Below are positions 27,274 through 41,395 of a stretch of DNA of 64,000 nucleotides, in pieces. Each line of letters starts with the position of its first letter. Positions within the stretch are counted from its first letter, which is position 1. Both the position numbers and the translations under genes were made by a program. The DNA comes from an uncultured Acidobacteriota bacterium (GTDB lineage Bacteria; Acidobacteriota; UBA6911; RPQK01; JAPXNP01): the NCBI GenBank assembly GCA_963823995.1, contig CAWGNQ010000005.1, forward strand, positions 596,220 through 660,219, read 5' to 3'. The notes under the pieces are model-generated. The model was not told the DNA's origin, searched no databases, and saw only the letters and a program-made list of their open reading frames with translations.

Positions 27274-29460
27274 TTACAGTGCAGCCTTCACTCGCGCCGG
27301 TACCATCGGAAGCTGCAGCATTCGGGCGCCCGTCGCATCGAAGACGGCGTTGGCAATGACAGCCCCCATGCTGACGATCGCCGGCTCTCCGCCGCCCTGC
27401 GCAGGCTCATGCTTCTTATCGAGGATGACCGTTTCGATTTCAGGCAGCCAGGAGAAGCGCGGCAGCTTGTAGGTGTCGAAGTTCGTGTCGAGGATCTGCC
27501 CTTCCTTGAACCGGATTTCTTCCATCAAGGCATATCCCAGGCCCATCGTGATGCATCCCTCCATCTGGAGCGTTGCCCCCTCCGGATTGATGCACAACCC
27601 CATGTCCTGGGCGCAAACAATGCGTTTGACCCGGATCTTCCCCGTCTTCTTGTCGACCTCGACTTCGGCAATGTGGGCGATGTAGGTGCCCGCATCGATA
27701 CCGAGTGAGACGCCGAGGCCCCGGCCGCTCGGTGAAGGGGCCGGTTTCCAGCCATATTTATCGGCCACCGCGCGAAGTACGCCGATCATCTTCTCGTCCG
27801 TCAGGTTCTTGAGTCGGAATTCAACCGGGTCGATCTTCAGTTTCGAGGCGAGTACGTCGATGTGGCATTCTCGAGCGAAGGTGTTCGTATTGTTGGCCGG
27901 TGCCCGCCAGGCCCCGGTTGCGAAGGCATGTTTGTTGTCGGAGCCCATCCAACCGGAACCGTATACGACGGTGCGGTGGTTGGGCACTGAATAAAACTGT
28001 TGAGCGCCCCGCTCTCCGCAGGCGTAAGCTCCATAGTCCCAGAAGGTCATCTTCCCGTCGCGTGTCGCTCCCGCGTTGATTTTGACGACCGCGGCCGGGC
28101 GGAACGTGTCGAGAAAGAACTCCTCGCGCCGGTCCCAGGCGACTTGGACCGGTCTCCCAGCCCGCCTGGCAAGCCGGGCTGCCTCAATGGCCTGTAGGTT
28201 GAAGGTTTTGCCTCCGAAGCCGCCTCCGACGTATGGTGGAATCACGCGGACTTTCTCCGCAGGCATGTTCAGCGCCTGGGCGGCTTCATCTTTCAGGCGA
28301 AAGGGCGTCTGAGTGGAAGCCCAGATCGTCAGCCGGTCTCCGTCGAACCTGGCCACTGCCGTGTGAGGTTCAATGGCAGCGTGAGCGACGTAACTGTTCA
28401 GATAGCTCTCCTCCGCTTGGACTTCGGCGTCGGATTGTCCGGCCGCCAGGTCTCCCCCTTCGGCTGCGGTCCGGCCGGCCGGGGCCGCCTTCAGGAGATG
28501 ATCGAAGATATTCTCGTCGTTCAGGCCGGTCTCGACTTCCTTCCACTGAGCCTTGATCAGATCTCGACCCTGTACCGCGATATCGGGATGTTCGTGGAGC
28601 ACCGCGATCAGATCACCGTCGGTGACGACCTGTGCTCCTTCGATAGCCTTCGCCTGCGAATCATCGGTACTCACCAGGCTTGCACCGTGCGAGGGTGGCC
28701 TCAGGACGGCCGCGTACAGCATGCCCGGGTGTACGATGTCTCCCGAATACCGGGCTTCACCGGTGACCTTCTTGCGAGCATCCACACGCAGTGCGGACTC
28801 TCCGACAACCGTGAATGCGCTCGGGTCCTCAACGGGCGCCTTTCCTTCAAGACGCCGAACGATCTTCTGACCTTTGGCCAACTCCTCGTAGGTGACCTTC
28901 CGCCCCGATGTCGGATCGATAACATGCCCGTCCCGTGTCTGCAGTCGATCCTTCGGCGCTCCGAGACGCTCGGAGGCGAGTTCGACCAGCACGGCTTTGG
29001 CCTCAGCAGCCGCTGCACGCAGCGGGGGGCCAAAGAAGCGCGTCGTCATGGAACCAAACGTTCCCATGTCCCAGGGACAGAGGTCGGTGTCGCCCATGAC
29101 CATCGTGACGTCTGCGAGCGCGACATCGAGTTCTTCCGCGAGCATCTGGGCGAGCGAAGTGTTGACGCCCTGGCCCATTTCGATCTTCCCGGTGAACCCG
29201 GTGACCTTGCCATCCTCGCCGATTCGCAAAAAAGCATTGAAGTCGTCGGGCAGTCCGGGCCGGCGCATTCGGCCTCCGCCCACCTCATCCTGTTGTGCAA
29301 GCGACTCGGTCGGCAGCAGCAGGAAGATCAGGATCCCGGCTCCCATCGTGCGGATGAAGTCGCGGCGATCGGGGCTGAAATCGAGTAGTCCCCGATCCGT
29401 GAAATTCAGTTCAAGGTATCGATCATAGATTTCGAGCGTCCGGTTCTTGTCTTCTGCCAT
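27274..29460 (-). CDS. xanthine dehydrogenase family molybdopterin-binding subunit (IorB-like) with Tat-like signal
   Basis: DRRDFI, EMGQG, AEELD, TFGSMT, GGGFGGK, WRAP, QMEG, GGGEP. Confidence 0.9.
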   Translation of the reverse strand: MAEDKNRTLEIYDRYLELNFTDRGLLDFSPDRRDFIRTMGAGILIFLLLPTESLAQQDEVGGGRMRRPGLPDDFNAFLRIGEDGKVTGFTGKIEMGQGVNTSLAQMLAEELDVALADVTMVMGDTDLCPWDMGTFGSMTTRFFGPPLRAAAAEAKAVLVELASERLGAPKDRLQTRDGHVIDPTSGRKVTYEELAKGQKIVRRLEGKAPVEDPSAFTVVGESALRVDARKKVTGEARYSGDIVHPGMLYAAVLRPPSHGASLVSTDDSQAKAIEGAQVVTDGDLIAVLHEHPDIAVQGRDLIKAQWKEVETGLNDENIFDHLLKAAPAGRTAAEGGDLAAGQSDAEVQAEESYLNSYVAHAAIEPHTAVARFDGDRLTIWASTQTPFRLKDEAAQALNMPAEKVRVIPPYVGGGFGGKTFNLQAIEAARLARRAGRPVQVAWDRREEFFLDTFRPAAVVKINAGATRDGKMTFWDYGAYACGERGAQQFYSVPNHRTVVYGSGWMGSDNKHAFATGAWRAPANNTNTFARECHIDVLASKLKIDPVEFRLKNLTDEKMIGVLRAVADKYGWKPAPSPSGRGLGVSLGIDAGTYIAHIAEVEVDKKTGKIRVKRIVCAQDMGLCINPEGATLQMEGCITMGLGYALMEEIRFKEGQILDTNFDTYKLPRFSWLPEIETVILDKKHEPAQGGGEPAIVSMGAVIANAVFDATGARMLQLPMVPARVKAAL

Positions 29461-29464
29461 TGGC

Positions 29465-29938
29465 CTACGCCCCTCTCATTTCTTCCGCTGCGGTTTCGAC
29501 GGCGGCAATAATGCGCTTGTAGGTACCGCACCGGCAGAGGTTTCCCTCCATTCCCCTGACGATCTGATCGCGGGTGGGTTTGGGGTTCCTCTGGAGCAGC
29601 GCGTATGCATTCATGACCATTCCGGGAATGCAGATGCCGCACTGAAGGGCATCGTGCTGAATGAAGGCCTTCTGAACCGGATGGAGATCTCCGTTCCGGG
29701 CCAGTCCCTCGACCGTGGTCACCTCTTTGCCCGCCACCCGCCGCACGGGAGTCAGGCAAGAACGAATCGCGCGGTTGTCGACCACCACCGTGCAGGCGCC
29801 GCACTGACCTGCACCGCAGCCGAACTTGGTTCCGGTCAGGGCCAGATCGGATCTGAGAACCCAGAGTAGGCGCCTGTCGGGATCCACAGTGAACTCCCGC
29901 TCTTTTCCGTTGAGCGTCAATCGAATGCTTTCCTTCAT
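29465..29938 (-). CDS. (2Fe-2S)-binding subunit (IorA/CoxS-like)
   Basis: GTKFGCGAGQCGACTV, QCGICIPG, NLCRCGTY. Confidence 0.93.
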   Translation of the reverse strand: MKESIRLTLNGKEREFTVDPDRRLLWVLRSDLALTGTKFGCGAGQCGACTVVVDNRAIRSCLTPVRRVAGKEVTTVEGLARNGDLHPVQKAFIQHDALQCGICIPGMVMNAYALLQRNPKPTRDQIVRGMEGNLCRCGTYKRIIAAVETAAEEMRGA

Positions 29939-30045
29939 GTCACCCCCTGCGGCATGGACGATTATGAGGCGTGCACGCCATCCTGCGATGGAACCATCGC
30001 CGTGCAGACCTCAGAAATGGCAGGCAATTCATCAAACTCCTTAAC

Positions 30046-30073
30046 ATTACGGCACGGAGCGATCTGCGTTACA
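30046..30073 (-). promoter_or_regulatory. candidate ECF-sigma promoter TGTAAC-N16-CGTAAT
   Basis: Minus strand, about 110 nt upstream of the 2Fe-2S gene; resembles the motifs next to the ECF sigma gene. Confidence 0.4.
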
Positions 30074-30241
30074 AGCCCCAGCCGGGCATCACGATTTCGA
30101 ACGCCGACTCGCACGTGGAGCAACCCGGTTTCCGGTTTCCTCCACGTCCGGCCCACTACATCTGACCCGATTTCCTGCTATGCTTCACTACATCAGATAT
30201 TTCCCATCGAATCAGGTGTTATCGGAAGGAGGAGACCCCTC

Positions 30242-30754
30242 ATGAAAAGAATGCTTGGATGGACTGCATGTCTACTGTCGATCGTCGCCCTGATCGTTCC
30301 GACATTTGCCCAGGGAAACCGTGGCAAGGCCGAACTCAAGCTCTCGGGAGGCACCATCACCGTCGATTATGGACGCCCTTCGCTGCAGGGACGCGATATG
30401 TTGTCGAAACTGCAGAATGGCCAGTTCTGGCGCATGGGCATGAACCAGTCGACCACCTTTACCACCCCCGTTGATCTCAACTTCGGGTCGACCAAGATTT
30501 CCAAAGGCAGCTACAGTCTCTGGTTGCTCAAATCAGGTAGCGACTTCCAGTTGGTCTTCAACTCCCAGACCGGCCAATGGGGAACTCAGCACGATCCATC
30601 CAAGGACGTGGCCAAGGTCACCATGAAGCAGGAGTCCATTCCGAGCTCGGTCGAAACCTTCACGATCAATCTCGAAAACGCATCAGGAGGCGGTACGTTC
30701 CAAATGGAGTGGGGCAAGACCCGGCTGTCCGCTTCATTCACGACCGGAATGTAG
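30242..30754 (+). CDS. DUF2911 domain-containing secreted protein
   Basis: Signal peptide; ITVDYGRPS, WRMGMNQST, GSYSLW, QTGQWG, VETFTI, MEWG; AGGAGGAG RBS. Confidence 0.85.
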   Translation: MKRMLGWTACLLSIVALIVPTFAQGNRGKAELKLSGGTITVDYGRPSLQGRDMLSKLQNGQFWRMGMNQSTTFTTPVDLNFGSTKISKGSYSLWLLKSGSDFQLVFNSQTGQWGTQHDPSKDVAKVTMKQESIPSSVETFTINLENASGGGTFQMEWGKTRLSASFTTGM

Positions 30755-30866
30755 GATATCGAACTTTCAGGACTCTCGCCGGACCGGTCGTCTGTCGGAC
30801 GGCCTGGACGGCATCGCCCAGACCTGCTGCCGCATATGGGAAAGGCCTGTCCGGCGAGAAGCGCAA

Positions 30867-31853
30867 TCATTCCTGATCCGATATCCAGCGCAGGACCTCT
30901 TGCGGAAGGTTGCACTCCTGCCCGGCCGCGGTCAGAGTCTCGAGCATACGTCGTGGCCGTCCGAGATCACTCCATGCCACTTCCCTCAGCGGCAGAACAA
31001 GACATTGGTCGCAGGCTCGAGTCAGAATCGTGTCCGAGAAGTTGAATGGATCGAGAGTCTCGTAGATCTGCGAGATGAATCTTCGCTCACTCCGGGCGGG
31101 ATGGGCGCCACGCCGGATTCGCACCAGAAGCTCGCACAGGAGATCGTATTTCCTCATCGTCTCGGGAACGAGCCGAAGCCCCAGTCGCCACAACGTCTCC
31201 ACCTTGACTACCGTGATCAGCGTGTTCCAATGGAACCCGGCCTGGAGATACATCTCCGCCAGTTCACGGGTCGGCTTTTCGCGAAAGCACACGACTTCCC
31301 TGACCGTCTGTCCTTCAATCGGGAGGCTGCCGCCAGGCTGGATCCAACCGTAGTCGGGCTCCGGATAGTGCGCCTCCGCACTGAGCAGCAGGAGACGATC
31401 AGGATACCGATTCACGATCTCGAATGCTGCCAATACCTGCTCATTGAAGTTCTCTTCCGGATACACGAAATGGTCGGACGGAAGGATGACAAGTGTGGCC
31501 TGCGGGTCTCTCGCTCGAAGATAGCACAGTGGAAGAAAAACGCCCGGTCCCGTATCCTTCGCGCTCGGCTGCTCGATGAGCAGTCCCGGGAATTGCGCCT
31601 GGTGTTCCTGACACATGAACTCCCGGTGTCCCGCGCCGATGATGGTGATAATGTTCTTGTCGGGGACAAGCTTTGTGGCTCGTCGTAGTGTGTGACCGAG
31701 CAGAGTCTGCTTCCCAAAGAACTCACAATACTGCTTCGGGATTCGCCGCCCCAGCCAGCGGTCGATCAGGGGACACAGACGGGTTCCCTCGCCTCCTGCG
31801 AGCACGATAACTGCACCGTCCGGCACAGGTAGTGTCGGACTCTGCGATGCCAT
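30867..31853 (-). CDS. sugar-phosphate nucleotidyltransferase (mannose-1-phosphate guanylyltransferase-like)
   Basis: VLAGGEGTRL, PKQY, PSDH, YGWI, FREKP, WNT, WSDLG. Confidence 0.85.
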   Translation of the reverse strand: MASQSPTLPVPDGAVIVLAGGEGTRLCPLIDRWLGRRIPKQYCEFFGKQTLLGHTLRRATKLVPDKNIITIIGAGHREFMCQEHQAQFPGLLIEQPSAKDTGPGVFLPLCYLRARDPQATLVILPSDHFVYPEENFNEQVLAAFEIVNRYPDRLLLLSAEAHYPEPDYGWIQPGGSLPIEGQTVREVVCFREKPTRELAEMYLQAGFHWNTLITVVKVETLWRLGLRLVPETMRKYDLLCELLVRIRRGAHPARSERRFISQIYETLDPFNFSDTILTRACDQCLVLPLREVAWSDLGRPRRMLETLTAAGQECNLPQEVLRWISDQE

Positions 31854-32164
31854 CGTAGAGCTCCTTTCCCCGAGCTCATGACCGAAAAGTCAATCCTCTT
31901 CGACAGAGATGGGAGCTATTCCTAATTGGACCATGGAATGAATGGTCCGTCAAGACCCAAATCCGCCAGCTGCACCCATACAAAGTCCGACACATGGAGT
32001 CCAGTTGCACCGGCGCGAGCAAAATTGACATCGACGGCCCATCCTGTAAGTCTATTAAGTAAAGAAGTTCGAGCGATGCATTGGATCCGGGCGCACCGGA
32101 TCGAACCCAGCATCACGGGCTAATTCCAAAGTCAGCTCGAACCCGGCATAGAAAGCATTCTTCC

Positions 32165-34159
32165 ATGAGACCTGACACATTGAAACGTGTGGTGATCGAA
32201 AGTGTGCGTCCCGAAATCGATGGTGGCCGGTATCGTGCCAAACGGGTACTCGGCGAGCGAGTGATCGTTGAGGCCGACGTATTTTGCGACGGGCATGACC
32301 AACCGAGCGCGTCTGTGCACTATCGAGTCAAAGGCGCTAAGAAATGGACCGTGGTGCGAATGGATCCGGTGGTCAACGACCGCTGGAGAGCCGTCTTCCG
32401 CGTCCATGAACTCGGGATCTACGAGTACACGATCCGCGGGTGGGTCGATCACTTCAAGACCTGGCATCAGGATCTGCAGAAACGACTGATGGCCGGCCAA
32501 GATGTCTCCGTTGAGATGTTGATCGCCGCCGAGCTCATCGAACAGGCCGCCCGGCGCGCCGAATCGCGCGACAAGGAGCGCATGGTTCAATGGGCGGAGC
32601 TGCTTCGGGACACGACGAGTACGATTGGCGAGAAGATTGCGCTGGTCAACGATGCAGACGTGGTCTCGACGACCACGGCCTATCCCGATCCACGTTTCGT
32701 CGAGGAGTATCGCCACATTCTGGAGGTCCAGGTCGACCCGGTACGAGCCCGATTCAGCTCATGGTACGAGATGTTCGCCCGTTCCGCTGCTCCCGAAGCG
32801 GACCGACACGGCACCTTCAAAGATGTCGAGAGTCAACTGCCCCGTATTGCGGCAATGGGCTTCGACGTACTCTACCTCCCCCCGATCCATCCGATCGGAA
32901 CGACGAACCGAAAGGGAGCCAACAACACGCTCAACGCCGGCCCGGATGACGTCGGCAGTCCCTGGGCGATCGGCAACGAGAAGGGGGGCCACAAGGCGAT
33001 CCATCCAGATCTCGGCACGCTCAAGGACTTCCGGCGACTTGTTGAAAAGGCTCGGAGCAAATACGGGATCGACGTCGCACTCGATATCGCCTTCCAGTGC
33101 TCTCCCGACCATCCCTATGTCAAGGAGCACCCGGAGTGGTTTCGACATCGACCCGACGGAACCATCCAGTATGCCGAGAACCCGCCCAAAAAGTACGAGG
33201 ACATCTACCCGTTCGATTTTGAGATCGAGCAGTGGGAACCGCTCTGGACGGAACTGCTCGACGTCTTCCTCTACTGGTGTAAACAGGGCGTCCGTGTGTT
33301 CCGTGTCGACAACCCCCACACCAAACCGTTCCGTCTCTGGGACTACATCATTGAGGAAGTCAAAAAGAGACATCCCGAGACGGTCTTCCTTGCCGAGGCC
33401 TTTACTCGACCCAAGGTCATGTATCGCCTTGCCAAGGGAGGCTTCACCCAGTCCTACACCTATTTTGCCTGGCGGAATGAGAAGTGGAATCTGACCCGTT
33501 ACATGGAGGAACTCACCAGCCCACCGGTCAGCGATTTCTTTCGGCCCAACTTTTGGCCCAATACACCCGACATCCTCAATGAGTACCTGCAGAGGGGTGG
33601 TCGGCAGGCTTTCGTGATCCGGCTCATTTTGGCTGCTACGCTGGCCTCCAGCTACGGGATCTACGGTCCTGCTTTTGAGCTCCTCGACAACACACCTCGC
33701 GAGCCCGGAAGCGAAGAGTACTTGAACTCGGAAAAATACCAGATTCGACGCTGGACACTCGATGAACCGGGGAACCTCGGTGAGCTGATTTCGATCGTCA
33801 ACGAGATTCGGCGGGAGAATCCTTCGCTCCAGACCAATGAGTTCCTGCAGTTTCACGACACTTCGAATGATCAGCTGATCTGCTACAGCAAGACCGACGA
33901 GGAGGGTGAGAACCCGGTACTCGTGGCAGTGAATCTGGATCCATTCAACACACAGTCGTGTTGGGTCGACCTGAACGGAGCCACTCTGGGTCTCGAACCC
34001 GATCAGGACTTTCAGGCCCACGATCTTCTCAGCGACGAGCGCTATCGCTGGCACGGCTTCCGCAACTATATCCAGTTGAACCCCTGGGTCATGCCGGCCC
34101 ATGTCTTCCGCCTCCGTCTCCGGCGGCGAAGCGAACGGGATTTCGACTATTTTCTCTAG
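32165..34159 (+). CDS. glgE: alpha-1,4-glucan:maltose-1-phosphate maltosyltransferase
   Basis: WYEMF, LYLPPIHPIG, GSPWAIG, YAENPPKKYEDIYP, FRVDNPHTKP, LAEAFTRP, NTPDIL. Confidence 0.95.
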   Translation: MRPDTLKRVVIESVRPEIDGGRYRAKRVLGERVIVEADVFCDGHDQPSASVHYRVKGAKKWTVVRMDPVVNDRWRAVFRVHELGIYEYTIRGWVDHFKTWHQDLQKRLMAGQDVSVEMLIAAELIEQAARRAESRDKERMVQWAELLRDTTSTIGEKIALVNDADVVSTTTAYPDPRFVEEYRHILEVQVDPVRARFSSWYEMFARSAAPEADRHGTFKDVESQLPRIAAMGFDVLYLPPIHPIGTTNRKGANNTLNAGPDDVGSPWAIGNEKGGHKAIHPDLGTLKDFRRLVEKARSKYGIDVALDIAFQCSPDHPYVKEHPEWFRHRPDGTIQYAENPPKKYEDIYPFDFEIEQWEPLWTELLDVFLYWCKQGVRVFRVDNPHTKPFRLWDYIIEEVKKRHPETVFLAEAFTRPKVMYRLAKGGFTQSYTYFAWRNEKWNLTRYMEELTSPPVSDFFRPNFWPNTPDILNEYLQRGGRQAFVIRLILAATLASSYGIYGPAFELLDNTPREPGSEEYLNSEKYQIRRWTLDEPGNLGELISIVNEIRRENPSLQTNEFLQFHDTSNDQLICYSKTDEEGENPVLVAVNLDPFNTQSCWVDLNGATLGLEPDQDFQAHDLLSDERYRWHGFRNYIQLNPWVMPAHVFRLRLRRRSERDFDYFL

Positions 34160-34184
34160 ACAATGAAAGGACGCACGATCGTCC

Positions 34185-37553
<3,369 letters not shown>

Positions 37554-37588
37554 ATCGTTCAGGCTGAACACGAAAGGACAGGAGTCAA

Positions 37589-39517
37589 ATGACGACAAAG
37601 CCCCAACTGGTCCGTCACGACGTCACGCGACTGAGCGACGACGACCTCTACTGGTTCAACGAGGGCACACACTACCGCCTCTTCGAAAAACTCGGCTCCC
37701 ATCCGATGCAGAACGAAGACGAACAGGGAGTGTACTTTGCAGTCTGGGCGCCCAATGCCGAATCCGTCAGTGTCATGGGAGAGTTCAACAACTGGGAGAA
37801 GAACACTCATCGCCTGGCACCGCGCGGCCAGAGCGGCATTTGGGAAGGCTTCATCGCAGGGCTCGGCAAAGCGACTCACTACAAATACCACATCGTTTCC
37901 CGGCTGCATGGTTTCCAGGTCGACAAGGCCGATCCATACGCGGTCCATCATGAGACTCCTCCCAAGACGGCTTCGATCGTCTGGGACCTCGATTACAGCT
38001 GGAACGACGAAGAGTGGATGCGAACACGCAACGAGCGCAACGGCCTGAACTCGCCGATATCGGTGTATGAAGTCCACCTCGGCTCCTGGAGACGCAAACC
38101 TGAAGAGGGTAATCGCTTCCTGAGCTACAGAGAAATCGCCCCGCAGCTCGCGGAATACTGTCGAGAGCTGAACTACACCCACGTAGAGCTGATGCCGATC
38201 ATGGAGCACCCCTTCTACGGATCCTGGGGGTATCAATGCACGGGCTTTTTCGCTCCGTCGAGCCGTTACGGCACACCCCAGGACTTCATGTACCTAATCG
38301 ATTACCTGCACCAAAATGGAATCGGGGTCATCCTCGACTGGGTTCCCTCCCACTTTCCGACCGACGAACACGGCCTCGCCTATTTCGACGGCACCCATCT
38401 CTATGAGCACGCCGATCCCCGTCAGGGCATCCACCGGGACTGGAACAGCTACATTTTCAACTACGGCCGCAGTGAGGTCCGCAACTTTCTGATGTCGAGC
38501 GCCCTGTACTGGCTCGAGAAGTACCACGCGGACGGCCTGCGCGTGGACGCCGTGGCCTCCATGCTCTATCTCGACTACTCGAGAAAGGAAGGTGAATGGA
38601 TCCCGAACAGCCAGGGGGGTCGGGAAAACCTGGAAGCCATCGGCTTCCTGCGGACCATGAACAGCGAGATCTTCAGATACTTTCCGGACGTCCAGACATT
38701 CGCGGAGGAATCAACGGCCTGGCCGATGGTCTCCCGGCCCACCTATATCGGAGGACTGGGCTTCGGCCTGAAGTGGGATATGGGCTGGATGCACGATACT
38801 CTCATGTTCTTCTCAAAGGACCCGGTCTACCGGCATTATCATCTCGGCAATCTCTCCTTCCGCACGATCTATGCCTTCTCCGAGAACTTCATCCTGCCGC
38901 TCAGCCACGACGAAGTCGTCTACGGTAAAGGTTCTCTGCTCGCCAAAATGCCCGGCGACCCCTGGCGGCAGTTTGCCAATCTGAGGCTTCTGTTCGGGTA
39001 CATGTTCGCTCAGCCGGGCAAAAAGCTCACCTTCATGGGTGGCGAGATCGGTCAATGGTCCGAATGGGCTCATGAACGCAGCTTGGACTGGCACCTGCTC
39101 AATGACTCGAACCATCATGGAATCCAGCGATGGGTTCAGGATCTCAACCGTCTCTATCGCGATGAGCCGGCGCTGCACGAACATGATCTGGGCCCGGAGG
39201 GTTTCGAGTGGATCGATTGCAACGACACCCAGAACAGTGTCATCAGCCTCCTTCGAAAGGGACGCTCCGGTGATCGAGGTGCCGTCGCCGTCGTTCTCAA
39301 TTTCACACCCTTGCCTCGTCACAACTACCGTATCGGCGTTCCGGCCGCAGGGTACTGGACCGAGGTGCTCAACAGCGATGCCAAGGAATACGGAGGAAGC
39401 GGCCAGGGCAATATGGGAGGCGTCAAAAGCCGACCGATCCCGTTCCATGGCCGCCGCGACTCGGTGAGCCTGGTCTTGCCACCTCTCGGCGCAGTCTTCC
39501 TCAAACACGAGGGCTGA
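37589..39517 (+). CDS. glgB: 1,4-alpha-glucan branching enzyme
   Basis: [54 protein letters not shown]. Confidence 0.96.
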   Translation: MTTKPQLVRHDVTRLSDDDLYWFNEGTHYRLFEKLGSHPMQNEDEQGVYFAVWAPNAESVSVMGEFNNWEKNTHRLAPRGQSGIWEGFIAGLGKATHYKYHIVSRLHGFQVDKADPYAVHHETPPKTASIVWDLDYSWNDEEWMRTRNERNGLNSPISVYEVHLGSWRRKPEEGNRFLSYREIAPQLAEYCRELNYTHVELMPIMEHPFYGSWGYQCTGFFAPSSRYGTPQDFMYLIDYLHQNGIGVILDWVPSHFPTDEHGLAYFDGTHLYEHADPRQGIHRDWNSYIFNYGRSEVRNFLMSSALYWLEKYHADGLRVDAVASMLYLDYSRKEGEWIPNSQGGRENLEAIGFLRTMNSEIFRYFPDVQTFAEESTAWPMVSRPTYIGGLGFGLKWDMGWMHDTLMFFSKDPVYRHYHLGNLSFRTIYAFSENFILPLSHDEVVYGKGSLLAKMPGDPWRQFANLRLLFGYMFAQPGKKLTFMGGEIGQWSEWAHERSLDWHLLNDSNHHGIQRWVQDLNRLYRDEPALHEHDLGPEGFEWIDCNDTQNSVISLLRKGRSGDRGAVAVVLNFTPLPRHNYRIGVPAAGYWTEVLNSDAKEYGGSGQGNMGGVKSRPIPFHGRRDSVSLVLPPLGAVFLKHEG

Positions 39518-39617
39518 GGAGCGGTCGCCGGCGTTGGCGCTTCGGCAAATACTCTTTTGCCTCGGTACCGTCCTTCGCGTGCTGCCTTCCCGCGGCTTCA
39601 GCCGACATGATGGAGGG

Positions 39618-40970
39618 CTACGCGCCGTTTCGGGTACGCCGTTCGAAGGAGGCGATGGCTTTCCGGATCACTGTCCCCGACGCGAGCAAAGCCACGAGAT
39701 TGGGGATCGCCATGAGCCCGTTGAGCGTGTCGGAGATACTCCATATCAGGCCGAGTGATCCGGTCGCGCCGAGGAAAGTGAAAACGAGCCAAAGGATCCG
39801 ATAGGGAAGAATGACCCTCGTCCCGAACAGGTAGCTGGCCGCGGTCTCTCCGTAATAGGACCAGCCCAGAATCGTCGAATAGGCAAAGAGGACCAGCCCG
39901 AGTGTGACGATCAAATCTCCCCAGACTCCTGGCAGGCCGGTTTCGAAGGCTTTCGCCGAGAGCGCCGCTCCGGTCGCCCCGGAAGTCCATGTGCCCGTCA
40001 ACAGGATCACCAATCCGGTCGCCGTGCAGACCAGTATTGTGTCGACGAAGACCTCGAAGATCCCGTAGAAGCCCTGCCGGACCGGATCATCGGTCCGCGC
40101 TGCAGCATGTACGATGGGGGCGCTACCCAGTCCGGCTTCGTTACTGAACAGTCCGCGGGCCACACCGTACCGGATCGTCTGCAGAACTCCGGCGCCGACG
40201 AAACCGCCGACGGCGGCATGACCCGTGAAAGCCGATTCGAGGACTACGCCGACAACCGCGGGGATCTGGTCGGCGAAACGGAGGAGAATCAGGGCGGCGC
40301 CCACGAGATAACTGGCGCACATGAAGGGAACCAGAAACTGAGTGACCTCGGCAATGCGCCGGATCCCGCCCAGAATCACGGCGCCCGTCAGGATGACGAT
40401 CAAAAGCCCCGTCCAGTGCGGTTCGAGGCCAAACGTCACCTCCAGCGACGCAGCCACACTGTTCGCTTGAACCATATTCCCGATGCCCAGACCCGCCAGA
40501 GCCGTGAACAGGGCGAACAGCACACCCAACCAGGGCAGACCGATGCTGCGCAGAACGTACATCGGCCCGCCCCGGTAGGTTCCGGAATCGTCCGAGACCC
40601 GGTAGGCGATCGCGAGCACGATCTCCGAGAACTTGGTAGCCATTCCCAGAAGTCCGGAGACAACCAGCCAGAACAGTGCGCCCGGCCCACCCAGTGTGAT
40701 TGCGGTCGCGACCCCGGCGATGTTCCCCACGCCGACGGTCGACGCGAGCGCCGTTGATACGGCCTGGAACGAGCTGACCGTACCCTGCTGTCCCTGCATC
40801 GACGGACCGCCTCCGAGCACTTCGCGCATGGCACGCAGGAGCTTGCGGAACTGGATGCCCCGGGTCAGGATGGTCAGAAAGAGCCCGGTTCCCATCAACA
40901 GGACCATCGTGTACGGGCCCCAGACCCACGCGTTCAGAGTGGAGTGCCATTCGACAAGTCGATCGAGCAT
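39618..40970 (-). CDS. alanine/glycine:cation symporter (AGCS family)
   Basis: TVGVGNIAGVA, GGPGALFW, GGPMY, RGLFSNEAGLGSA, FVDT, NGLMAIPNL. Confidence 0.93.
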   Translation of the reverse strand: MLDRLVEWHSTLNAWVWGPYTMVLLMGTGLFLTILTRGIQFRKLLRAMREVLGGGPSMQGQQGTVSSFQAVSTALASTVGVGNIAGVATAITLGGPGALFWLVVSGLLGMATKFSEIVLAIAYRVSDDSGTYRGGPMYVLRSIGLPWLGVLFALFTALAGLGIGNMVQANSVAASLEVTFGLEPHWTGLLIVILTGAVILGGIRRIAEVTQFLVPFMCASYLVGAALILLRFADQIPAVVGVVLESAFTGHAAVGGFVGAGVLQTIRYGVARGLFSNEAGLGSAPIVHAAARTDDPVRQGFYGIFEVFVDTILVCTATGLVILLTGTWTSGATGAALSAKAFETGLPGVWGDLIVTLGLVLFAYSTILGWSYYGETAASYLFGTRVILPYRILWLVFTFLGATGSLGLIWSISDTLNGLMAIPNLVALLASGTVIRKAIASFERRTRNGA

Positions 40971-41048
40971 CTGAGAGTCCCCCGGGCAGTCCGGATTCGA
41001 TTTTCCCTGAACGAGGCACTCTACACTCCCGGGACGCCGAAGTGAAGG

Positions 41049-41231
41049 TCAGGTGGTTCGTGACGCAGCTCGGATTTGTCGGATCTCACCGGCGGGAATC
41101 CCGAGAAGCTGAAGGAACCGATCGTGCTGTCGGGGCGCCGCAACCTCGAATTCCCGATGCCATCGCTGCATGTCCTCCGGGCTGAAACCGGCCTTTTCCA
41201 GAATCGAAATCCAGCGATCCTTTGAAGTCAC
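41049..41231 (-). CDS. small protein resembling the C-terminal domain of some MerR-family regulators; no HTH; possibly frameshifted at the 5' end
   Basis: KDRW.SIL..AG....DM.RWH.EFE..AP..H..FL..LGI...EI..IR pattern; the ATG with an RBS at 41259 is out of frame. Confidence 0.55.
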   Translation of the reverse strand: MTSKDRWISILEKAGFSPEDMQRWHREFEVAAPRQHDRFLQLLGIPAGEIRQIRAASRTT

Positions 41232-41395
41232 GTTCGTTGTGAGTCGTTTTCATCTCCATTTGATGTTCTCCTGTTGATTCATGGGATGAGCCCAAAGTGT
41301 GAAGTTCCAGAAAGACCCGGAAGGAACGTGCGCAGGGCGAAGTGCGAAGGCAGGGGTCCAAAGGGTTTTGGGCCACGCGCCCAAACTCACGAAGT

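Noticed and set aside
32025-32058. Canonical sigma-70 promoter for glgE (perfect TTGACA)
   Set aside because: No convincing TANNNT at 16-18 nt spacing, so it is not listed as a feature
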